From contig JBDHHK010000002.1 in the NCBI GenBank assembly GCA_039589395.1, positions 1,337 through 65,336 on the forward strand: a stretch of DNA of 64,000 nt, given 5' to 3'. This DNA comes from Gemmatimonadota bacterium. GTDB taxonomy: Bacteria; Gemmatimonadota; Gemmatimonadetes; Gemmatimonadales; GWC2-71-9. Position numbers and translations under genes: made by a program. Positions 9,150 to 17,508 of the stretch are shown one piece after another. The notes beneath the pieces were generated by a model. It saw nothing but the letters and a program-made list of their open reading frames with translations, was not told the origin of the DNA and did no database searches. The number at the start of each line of letters is the position of its first letter. Within the stretch, counting starts at the first letter, position 1.

Positions 9150-10732
9150 GTGCCACGCTCAGGTTTTGCCACCGGTAGGTGGACAGTGAACGTCGATCCC
9201 TGACCGATCGTTGAATCGGCCCTGATCACCCCACCATGTTGCTGCACGATTCCGTAACAGATTGAGAGACCGAGCCCAGTTCCCCTACCTGGCTGTTTTG
9301 TGGTATAGAATGGCTCAAATATCTTCGGAAGATCGTCGCGCGGGATTCCCATACCGGTGTCCTCAAAGACCACTGCAACACCGCCAGAACCGTCATCAGC
9401 AAACCTGGTGGTCACCGTCAGCATCCCGGTTCCTTCCATAGCGTCGATGGAGTTGAGCATCAGTCCAAGAAACACCTGTATCAGTTGTTCGCGATTGGCA
9501 GTGATCTCGGGTAGATCGTCGCCGAGTTGGCGGACCAGGTCGATCCGTTTGAACCGATCGTGGTGTTTCACAAGGAACAAAGCATCTTCGACTATTGGAT
9601 TGACCGGTTCAGGCCGCATTACACGAGATTTCGGTCGAGAAAAGTCCAGCAAACCGTCGACAATCGCCTTGCAGCGAGCGAGCTCCGAATCGATGATCCT
9701 GAGGTACTCCTCCATCGCGGGCCGAACTTCCGGGGCCAGTTCGTCACTCCGGACAGTCACGGCCTCGACGCAAGCACCAATCGTGGCTAGTGGATTGTTG
9801 AGCTCATGCATCACTCCGGCGGCCAGTTGGCCGATCGCCGCAAGCTTCTCCGCGTGAGCCACTTGTCCCTGTGCCATCTTCCAGTCTGTCAGGTCTTCGC
9901 CGATGGTGATAACGTGCGTAATGTCGTCATCATACAGCCGCATCGGAACCTTGGTGATGCGGTAGTGACGTTGCTCGCCACTGGCCGATGACTCGGCTTC
10001 CAATTGCTCGATCTTCCCGGTGTGAAACACCGAGTCGAACTCCTCTTGCAGCAGCCCTCTGGGCTGACGGTTGAGGACATCGAACACGTGCCTGCCGAGT
10101 GCTTCATCTCTTTCGATTCCTTGAGCACCAACCTCCCGTTTGCGGTTCCAGGCCTGGATCGTGTATTCGCGGTCGATCACGTACAGACCCACAGGGAGTG
10201 AGTCGATGATCTTGGATGTGAATCTCCGCTGCAATTCTGTTTCGCGGGTCTTCAGTGCCACTTCGCTGGCGAGGTCCTCAGAAAGCTCAGCCGAAGCCAG
10301 CAGTGGCGAGAGCACGTTTGCGGTAATGCCGATAACCTCTCGAAACATTGCAGAGTGTGGGGAATCGGGAACGGTAGCCTCGAGAAGCCCCAGCCTCTCA
10401 CCTTCGTGCACCAGTGGGATTCGCGTCGTCACTCCACCACGTACTTGCTCATCGAAGCCTGACTGGCCCACCCACTCCTTAACCTTCTCTTCATGGCCGC
10501 TCGCGGGTTTCGCCCCTCCTTCGGCGCTCACCGCCCTATATGCGGTTCCGTCAGCCGTCCGAATCCAGATCCAGCATGCTTCACTTCTCAGTCCGCGGCA
10601 CAATGCGCCAACCACGCCAACCAGGGCCTCTTTGGATCCACCACCCCACGCGAGGTGCGACGTGATGTCGCGGATGATTCGTATGCAAGCAAGGTCGAGG
10701 AGTTTAGAGTCAGTCATCTCGTGTGAGCTCAA
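9146..10732 (-). CDS. Cytoplasmic GAF/PAS sensor histidine kinase (NtrB-like)
   Basis: PAS region, EKLAAIGQLAAGVMHELNNPL, FEPFYTTK..GTGLGL. Confidence 0.9.
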   Translation of the reverse strand: MSSHEMTDSKLLDLACIRIIRDITSHLAWGGGSKEALVGVVGALCRGLRSEACWIWIRTADGTAYRAVSAEGGAKPASGHEEKVKEWVGQSGFDEQVRGGVTTRIPLVHEGERLGLLEATVPDSPHSAMFREVIGITANVLSPLLASAELSEDLASEVALKTRETELQRRFTSKIIDSLPVGLYVIDREYTIQAWNRKREVGAQGIERDEALGRHVFDVLNRQPRGLLQEEFDSVFHTGKIEQLEAESSASGEQRHYRITKVPMRLYDDDITHVITIGEDLTDWKMAQGQVAHAEKLAAIGQLAAGVMHELNNPLATIGACVEAVTVRSDELAPEVRPAMEEYLRIIDSELARCKAIVDGLLDFSRPKSRVMRPEPVNPIVEDALFLVKHHDRFKRIDLVRQLGDDLPEITANREQLIQVFLGLMLNSIDAMEGTGMLTVTTRFADDGSGGVAVVFEDTGMGIPRDDLPKIFEPFYTTKQPGRGTGLGLSICYGIVQQHGGVIRADSTIGQGSTFTVHLPVAKPERGT

Positions 10733-10788
10733 CGTGAAATCGGTGTCGGAACAGAATTCTACACCACTCCGTCAAACGATACCAACAT

Positions 10789-11037
10789 TCACTCTTCCCG
10801 TTTCGACTGTTGCGCGGCGATAGAATCGAGCACTGTCGCCTTGAGTGACAGCCGCTCAGCCTGGTACCGCAACAAAGCCGCAACGGCTTTGAGGAGTTTG
10901 GGTGGTACAGGTCGACTGCCTCGCCTGTACCGCCGCAACGCGGACTGCGAAACGCCGAGTGCACTAGCTATCGACTTTACAGTTAGGTTCGCCGAACGAA
11001 TGGATGCGTCCAGCGCCCGCCTGGCTTTCTTCGTCAT
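10789..11037 (-). CDS. Small XRE-like helix-turn-helix protein
   Basis: LTVKSIASALGVSQSALRRYRRGSRPVP HTH pattern. Confidence 0.7.
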   Translation of the reverse strand: MTKKARRALDASIRSANLTVKSIASALGVSQSALRRYRRGSRPVPPKLLKAVAALLRYQAERLSLKATVLDSIAAQQSKREE

Positions 11038-11160
11038 TCTTTCCCGATGAAATAACGGTGAAGTGCAGGAAGTTAGACCCCGACACTATGTCACGCAAAT
11101 CGTGACGACCACTAGAGATCGTCGTTCTTGGTTGGGGTGAACAGATACAGCGGCGGGGAA

Positions 11161-11233
11161 TGGAGCGGATGGGATTCGAACCCACGACCCCCTGCGTGCA
11201 AGGCAGGTGCTCTCCCATCTGAGCTACCGCCCC
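11161..11233 (-). tRNA. tRNA-Ala(TGC), CCA not encoded
   Basis: Reverse complement GGGGCGGTAGCTCAGATGGGAGAGCACCTGCCTTGCACGCAGGGGGTCGTGGGTTCGAATCCCATCCGCTCCA folds as cloverleaf, anticodon TGC, G3:U70. Confidence 0.97.
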
Positions 11234-11278
11234 CAGAGTTAGACACTGTAACGACTTACGGGCCGTTCGGGAAGGGCC
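11196..11278. repeat. Copy 1 of ~82 bp imperfect direct repeat (tRNA-Ala 5' half plus upstream DNA)
   Basis: Matches 12432-12513 with few mismatches. Confidence 0.9.
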
Positions 11279-12431
11279 AGTATGCGTGGTGTCTATGTTC
11301 ATTGTCTATGTTTCCTTCGTGTTTCCTTCGCCCGCGACTGGAGCGCCTTCTTCTTCATTCTCGCGCCCCGCCTATAGGGCAGAAGAGAAAGGAACATCAT
11401 GCCTGCTTCTCCCTGACCTCAGGGCAAGTGGTCCGTGCTCTCCGACGTTCAGCCAGAGGCGTGTCTCTGCCTCCATCGCGAAACCTCCGCCCGAATTGAC
11501 TCCCGCCACCAGAAGGCTGATTGACAATTGACTGCACGCGGATACGTTTGATGCGATCCTGCATCCCCCCACGGAGACGACCATGCGCCGCTTCGTACTC
11601 GCAGCATTCGCCTTGACATCGCTGGCCGCGTGTGCGCGCTCCTCCTCACCTGCCGACCCCTCTCGCTTGAGTGGCCCTCTTGGAGCCGAAGAGATCTCAT
11701 CGGTCCCTGTCAGCACCGCGTACGAGGCAATCCAGACGCTTCGCCCACAGTGGCTTCGGAGAAGGGAGACGCTCTCCCTCATGGATCCCAATTCCGGCTA
11801 CCCAGCAGTGGTAGTCGACAACATACAGCGGGGTGAACTTGACCTCCTGCGAAACATTCGGGCCGAGGTTGTGGCCGAGATTCGGTACGTCAACGCTCGC
11901 GATGCGACAACCCGGTACGGAACTGGATTCCGAGGTGGTGCCATTGAGGTGACGACGTTGCCCACGCCGTGGCGAGACACCACCGAAATACGCCAGCGGC
12001 GCCGCAGCACCGGTGCAGTGCATCGATAAGACCCGCGTACAATTCGAAGACACGAAGGGCATAAGCCTCTCTCGCACGTGAAAGCCCTCTCCATGTGCTA
12101 CCGACAAAAGCCACCGCTGCACCAACCAGCGCACCGAGACCGGAAGCTGATACCATGCAGGGGGCTCGTTGGGCTAACCGTTTCCACCCCTCCACCCGGC
12201 CTGCGACCGGGCGGTTTCTTTTTTCCCCTATAGAGTGGGTGTGAAAAGAAGAAACAGAGGTAGGACTCAATAGTGAGTCCTATCCATCTGTTTCTGGAAT
12301 GAGTGTCTATGTAAGTATCTATGTTCGGGCGCAAAACACACCCAATAGCGGGTATTGGGCTTTCACAGGGTGAAAAGCTACGTCATTGATCTTCTATGGT
12401 GGTGCGAAAAAGGGGAAGGTTCTGGGCGTGG
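11279..12431. mobile_element. Putative integrase-less mini-island / remnant integrated at tRNA-Ala
   Basis: Bounded by the direct repeat ending in the anticodon loop; paired TGTCTATGT motifs near both ends. Confidence 0.55.
11583..12029 (+). CDS. Small lipoprotein resembling a stand-alone TonB-dependent receptor plug-like domain
   Basis: Lipobox LAAC; AYEAIQTLRPQWL, EIRYVNARDATTRYG...GAIEVTT plug-like motif. Confidence 0.7.
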   Translation: MRRFVLAAFALTSLAACARSSSPADPSRLSGPLGAEEISSVPVSTAYEAIQTLRPQWLRRRETLSLMDPNSGYPAVVVDNIQRGELDLLRNIRAEVVAEIRYVNARDATTRYGTGFRGGAIEVTTLPTPWRDTTEIRQRRRSTGAVHR

Positions 12432-12469
12432 GTGCAAGGCAGGTGCTCTCCCAACTGAGCTACCGCCCC
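12432..12469 (-). pseudogene. tRNA-Ala 5' half fragment (within repeat copy 2, 12432-12513)
   Basis: GGGGCGGTAGCTCAGTTGGGAGAGCACCTGCCTTGCAC then unrelated sequence; no T arm. Confidence 0.85.
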
Positions 12470-12593
12470 CAGAGGTAGGCACTGTAACGACTACGGGCCG
12501 TTCGGGAAGGGCCCGGGGGCGGGGTGTGCGGATTAAGCCACACCCTTCGGTTACATTAGTTGGTCACCCCACCTCCTCTGGAGACAATGGTAC

Positions 12594-14018
12594 ATGAGTG
12601 AGAACAAACGCGAGATCCCGCTTGGTGTAGCAATAATCCCTGTCATCTTCCTCGTCGGCGCCCTGGGCATCACGATCGGTGGTTTTGGCCAGGAGGCACA
12701 TATCCCGCTCATCTGTGCAGCCGCGGTGGCCGCTGGAGTTGCGGCGACATATGGCTACGGCTGGAAGGAAATCCTTGACGGGATGGTCCATGGCATCAAC
12801 TTGGCCATGAGCGCTCTCCTGATCCTAATGGTCATCGGCACCATGATCGGGACATGGATCTTGGGCGGAGTGGTGCCGTCGATGATCTACTACGGTCTCC
12901 AGGTGCTTTCTCCCGGGATCTTTCTTGCGGCAACTATGGTGATATGCGCGATCGTGTCACTCGGTACCGGTTCGTCATGGTCGACAGCAGGCACGGTCGG
13001 GGTAGCACTCATAGGTGTCGGAATGGCACTGGGCATTCCAAACACCATGACGGCCGGCGCGATCATCTCCGGGGCGTATTTCGGCGACAAGATGTCGCCA
13101 CTCTCAGATACAACGAATTTGGCTCCGGCGATGGCAGGGACAGACGTCTTCTCGCATGTCCGGCACATGGTGTATACCGCAGCCCCAGCATTCGTGATCG
13201 CGCTGATTCTGTTCGCAATAATCGGCATTCGCTTTGCGGGAGGATCTTTCGACGCACAGCAGATAGACGCCATGTTGTCGGGGATGAGATCGGCATTCAC
13301 GATCCACCCTCTTTTGCTGCTCCCACCTGCCCTGGTCATTGTGATGGTGGTGAAAAAGATTCCACCACTGCCGGCACTTCTTGGCGGCACCCTCATCGGC
13401 GGAGTCTGCGCCATGATCGCGCAATCGAGTTCATTGGCCGACGTCATCAACGCTGCTAACAACGGATTCGAATCTTCCACGGGAATTTTCGCGGTCGACG
13501 AGTTGCTTTCCGGAGGTGGGCTCCAAAGTATGATGAACACCGTAGCTCTGATCATATGTGCGTTGTCATTCGGCGGCATTATGGAGAAGACCAAGATGCT
13601 CGAAGTGATCGCACGATCGCTGCTGCGGTTGGTCGATTCCACGGGTTCGCTCATATTGACCACCGTGCTGAGCTGCATGGGTATGAACGCGGTCGCCTCC
13701 GACCAGTACATGGCGATCGTAATCCCTGGAAGAATGTTCAAGAAGGCCTACGACAAACGGAAGCTCGCTCCAGTCAACTTGTCGCGTGCACTCGAGGCCT
13801 CGGGTACCATGACCTCGCCGCTGATACCCTGGAACACCTGTGGCGCATTCATGGGCACCACACTCGGCGTGAACGCCTTGGCCTATGCCCCGTTCGCGTT
13901 CATGAACTTGCTGGTTCCGCTCATCACAATCGTCTATGGCTTTACGGGTATTACGATGACTAAGGTCACTGAAGGGAACTCGGGGGAGGATGCGGAGCAG
14001 GATTCAGTGAAGGCATAA
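12594..14018 (+). CDS. nhaC: Na+/H+ antiporter NhaC family
   Basis: GSSWSTAGTVGVA, SGAYFGDKMSPLSDTTNLA, SPLIPWN motifs. Confidence 0.92.
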   Translation: MSENKREIPLGVAIIPVIFLVGALGITIGGFGQEAHIPLICAAAVAAGVAATYGYGWKEILDGMVHGINLAMSALLILMVIGTMIGTWILGGVVPSMIYYGLQVLSPGIFLAATMVICAIVSLGTGSSWSTAGTVGVALIGVGMALGIPNTMTAGAIISGAYFGDKMSPLSDTTNLAPAMAGTDVFSHVRHMVYTAAPAFVIALILFAIIGIRFAGGSFDAQQIDAMLSGMRSAFTIHPLLLLPPALVIVMVVKKIPPLPALLGGTLIGGVCAMIAQSSSLADVINAANNGFESSTGIFAVDELLSGGGLQSMMNTVALIICALSFGGIMEKTKMLEVIARSLLRLVDSTGSLILTTVLSCMGMNAVASDQYMAIVIPGRMFKKAYDKRKLAPVNLSRALEASGTMTSPLIPWNTCGAFMGTTLGVNALAYAPFAFMNLLVPLITIVYGFTGITMTKVTEGNSGEDAEQDSVKA

Positions 14019-14157
14019 TCGCATCCAACGCGTGTCAAAGCCTGATCCCGTAACCTGGATCACCACCGAGTCGTCGAGCCTGACGCTCGATGATGGTGCC
14101 AGGGTGACGGTGCTGGACGAGATAGCTCAGTTCCCGCCGTTGCTGCGAGCTGCGTAC

Positions 14158-16803
14158 TCACTGCATTCGCACTACCCAAACCTGCATGTGGGTCGGAAGC
14201 TGAGTATCGGAAGGACCACTGACCCAAATCGCCGTGCTCGGCCGGTTGTCTCCCGACAGCAGCGTGTAGTAGGTCGATCCGGCTCGTACATTGGCGGTCT
14301 CGTTAAATGCTCTGAAGTCGGCATCCTTCGGCGTCAAGCGTAGAGCCTCGATCAACCCGAATTCGCCGTCTGGAAGCACGAACGAGCCGTAGAAGATGTC
14401 ATACAAATCCCAACTGGTCATTTGGAGGACCGGATTGGCCCCACCTATTCGGTCGTCCACATAGAGCATGGCGGCCCATTGCGCCAACAGAGTCTCGATG
14501 GACTCTCCCAGCAGTTGTTCAAGCAACGCAAAACCATTGCTCGTGCCTCGGACTATGTCCTGGTGGAAGCCTTCTTCCCCTCCCAAATAATTCGGGCCGT
14601 ATTGGTCGGACAGCCAGCGCAGCAGTGACCAGGGGACACCATATGCCTCCCTACCTTCGTAGCAGGGGCCTCCGTTGTTGTTATCCAGCCATGTGCACTC
14701 GTGCGGCGCCTCGTCCAGGTGGATGTCGGAATCGGTATCTGTGGGTGCCCAGCCAAAATACAGACCCATGTCGACAACCTGATCGGAATACCAATCGAAC
14801 GACGTCGTGTCGTCCCAGTTTACAGCAACCTCGAGCCGGAGATTCTGCCCAGGCGTTCTACCCTCGACCGCGTGACCGACGACCTCTTCACCCAGTGTAG
14901 CCTGCCCTTCTGCGATCCAGATAGACGGGAAACTACCGCCGGCGGAAGCGCGTCCGCTGATCTGGATCACGTGCACCAACTCGTGCGCCGAAATCGCGGG
15001 TGACCAGCCGAGAGCATCCTCTACGGAAATGGCGTCGCCGAAATCACCGTTGGGATCAGGCGTCTCACCGTAGAAGTATTCACCCTCGTTACTGCCCTCG
15101 TTTGACGGCGTGCGAGCGGAAAAATCACAACTCGTCACAAAACCAAGCGAACCGCGTTCGTTTACTCTCTTGGTGATGACCATGACTATACGGCCATTGT
15201 TGTCGGTGTCGGACGGATCTCCAAAATGAGCGGTGGCTGCGGTGTAGACGAGGTCGTCAAACTGTTGGCTGAGAGTGGTAAAATCAGTCGATGAATACCC
15301 CGAAGATGGGTTCTCGACGTCTTCGAGCCAGATTCCCTTCGTTCCTACAGCCATTACAACGGTTGTCACAGAATCGTAGTCGTTGCAGGTACCTTCGCCC
15401 GTAGTCACTCTAATTGCGATTGTGTCTCCAACCGCGACCGTGGAGTCGACAGCAACAGCTCCTAGGGCACTGCTCCGCTGCGGCCCGGACCATTCCGTAC
15501 GAATTCGTTCGAAGTTTTCCCGATCGAACGCTCGGATTCTTGCCTCCACAGCACGGTGGCGGCTGATGCGTTCTTGGCGTGCTCGATCGACCACACGCCG
15601 ACTCCTTCTCGAGGAAACATCGACGTACGAACTGAAGAACCCAGGTGAGGGCGAGGCACCCGCAGGGATGATGGACGAGAGCTTGATAGGGGTGACGGTA
15701 CTCACCGCCTCCGACGTAGACTGAACCCCTATCAGGTACTGCTCGGATACCGCTGCCTCATCAAACTGGAGACAGAAATCGCTGGGATCCTGCGCTATTT
15801 GCTGCTCACCGACCGCAAGGTCGAGAAATGAAGCGGGGGTGAGGCCGATAGACACGGGTGCAGAGGGTATGCCTCCAACCGTCACTTTTACGTCGACATC
15901 CCCAGACGGTCTACAAGCATCGGGAATCGTGATATCGAGCTGGGTAGCCGTAGCGGAGTTGACCACACCAGTGACGTCGCCCACCGTCACGTTATTGTTT
16001 GCTGGAACGGCATCGAACCCCGAACCCGTGAGCGTCGCAGTTCCTCCAAGTTGTAGTGTGGTTGGCGAAACCGACGTTATCTGCAGATCGTGCACTGTCG
16101 CGGTGAACACGACGGGGCTCCCAACCACTCCAGTAAGGCTCGCAAACGCCGTGTCTTGTCCGATGGTTGATCCAACAGTCCAGCCGGTCACAGCGTCCCC
16201 TTCGGCATTGGTGAACGCTATGGTCGAGTCTGTTGAGCCTCTTCCAGTAGGGAGGGTGAATGTAACGACCTGCCCGGAGACTCCGTTTGCGTATTCGTCT
16301 CTAACCTTCACCGCGATGACTTCCGGTACCCTCGTCCCCATGTACGCGAACTGATCGTCACCCGACACCATGGATATCACAAACGGGATATCGGCGGACC
16401 CAGTAGCATTGAAGACGAGAGAGATGTTGGAGGCGCCGGCGACTGCTGCCGTCACTTGCTGGGTGACACCGGCCACGGTTCCCAAGGTCCAGTTGGTTGA
16501 AGCCTGTCCCGCAGCGTCAGTGGTTGCTGAGGAGCTCGACACAGTACCACTTCCAGGCGCCGCGGTGAACGAGACACTGACGCCCAACATCCCGTTTCCA
16601 GACTGGTCATTGATCTGAACGACAAGAGGCGCCGCGAGTGGTTGCCCCACCGTACCGCTCTGACCGTTGCCTGATGCCGCAACGGCCTGCGTAGCTCTGG
16701 GTTCTACCGGCGGAGGATCGGTAGTGCCTTCACCACCACATCCCAAGTAGACACCTGCAACCGCCACCGGAATAGCAGAGAGACGAGCCAGAGAGCGCAG
16801 CAT
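14158..16803 (-). CDS. Lipoprotein with two Big-like domains, IPT/TIG domain and HExxH zinc peptidase domain
   Basis: Lipobox VYLGC; SGNGQSGTVG..L..PLVV repeats; ITSVSP TIG start; AHELVH..Q and WIAEGQA. Confidence 0.75.
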   Translation of the reverse strand: MLRSLARLSAIPVAVAGVYLGCGGEGTTDPPPVEPRATQAVAASGNGQSGTVGQPLAAPLVVQINDQSGNGMLGVSVSFTAAPGSGTVSSSSATTDAAGQASTNWTLGTVAGVTQQVTAAVAGASNISLVFNATGSADIPFVISMVSGDDQFAYMGTRVPEVIAVKVRDEYANGVSGQVVTFTLPTGRGSTDSTIAFTNAEGDAVTGWTVGSTIGQDTAFASLTGVVGSPVVFTATVHDLQITSVSPTTLQLGGTATLTGSGFDAVPANNNVTVGDVTGVVNSATATQLDITIPDACRPSGDVDVKVTVGGIPSAPVSIGLTPASFLDLAVGEQQIAQDPSDFCLQFDEAAVSEQYLIGVQSTSEAVSTVTPIKLSSIIPAGASPSPGFFSSYVDVSSRRSRRVVDRARQERISRHRAVEARIRAFDRENFERIRTEWSGPQRSSALGAVAVDSTVAVGDTIAIRVTTGEGTCNDYDSVTTVVMAVGTKGIWLEDVENPSSGYSSTDFTTLSQQFDDLVYTAATAHFGDPSDTDNNGRIVMVITKRVNERGSLGFVTSCDFSARTPSNEGSNEGEYFYGETPDPNGDFGDAISVEDALGWSPAISAHELVHVIQISGRASAGGSFPSIWIAEGQATLGEEVVGHAVEGRTPGQNLRLEVAVNWDDTTSFDWYSDQVVDMGLYFGWAPTDTDSDIHLDEAPHECTWLDNNNGGPCYEGREAYGVPWSLLRWLSDQYGPNYLGGEEGFHQDIVRGTSNGFALLEQLLGESIETLLAQWAAMLYVDDRIGGANPVLQMTSWDLYDIFYGSFVLPDGEFGLIEALRLTPKDADFRAFNETANVRAGSTYYTLLSGDNRPSTAIWVSGPSDTQLPTHMQVWVVRMQ

Positions 16804-16912
16804 GAGCGACCCTTTCCGAACAGAATCAGATATTGGTTTTCCTCTGAGCGCCAAGCAAGGCAGAAGGCAACGAAGTTCCAATCTGCGATGGCCGCTTGCT
16901 GTTGACGCTGAG

Positions 16913-17500
16913 TTACGTGCCCCTCACGACTCCAAAGCTCTGCACACGCAGCTCATCTCCGTTCAAGGGCCCAGCAATCCACACCTTTGCGCCAGCCATA
17001 TTTTGCAGTTGAGCAGGCACGGCGGTCAACATGAGCGCATTCGCGCGATCCAGCCACAGTTCGCCGTCGCGAAGCTCCAAAACGCCGAGGTATGCAGGGG
17101 CCGAATTCACAGAGATGACGTCGTACTCGTACACATCGATGGCCTGTTCGGGAATTCCCTGCGGATTTGGAACCTCGCTCCCGGCGATGGACACCTCGAC
17201 CCCTGAAAGCATGCCGAGTTCGTTGTGGAATTTGCCTACGAGTGCTATATGTGAGGCTTCAGCGCCCTCGCCAACACTCAAGACTACTTGTGTCGATGGA
17301 TCGGCGCCAACAACTCGCACGACACCTTCGGCGGTTGCGTTGACAACGTCCGCGCCCTCACTGCCTTCCGCGGCTCGCATTTCCGGATGGGCGTGGTCGG
17401 CATCGTGATCGTGATCATGATCATCTTGCGTTTGTTCGCTGCCATCACCACCGCAGGCCGCCACGGCTAAGCCCAATGCGAGCAGAATCGAGTAACGCAT
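16913..17500 (-). CDS. Hypothetical lipoprotein with His/Asp-rich linker
   Basis: GGAGG RBS, lipobox VAAC, DDHDHDHDADHAH. Confidence 0.7.
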   Translation of the reverse strand: MRYSILLALGLAVAACGGDGSEQTQDDHDHDHDADHAHPEMRAAEGSEGADVVNATAEGVVRVVGADPSTQVVLSVGEGAEASHIALVGKFHNELGMLSGVEVSIAGSEVPNPQGIPEQAIDVYEYDVISVNSAPAYLGVLELRDGELWLDRANALMLTAVPAQLQNMAGAKVWIAGPLNGDELRVQSFGVVRGT

Positions 17501-17508
17501 TGCTCCTC

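Noticed and set aside
11890-12270. Minus-strand ORF with short hydrophobic stretch inside the island
   Set aside because: Overlaps the lipoprotein gene and hairpins; no recognisable domain, at most a remnant
12432-12469. Second functional tRNA-Ala
   Set aside because: Similarity stops in the anticodon loop; no T arm or 3' acceptor strand
12890-13741. 283 aa antisense ORF
   Set aside because: Shadow of nhaC with no motifs
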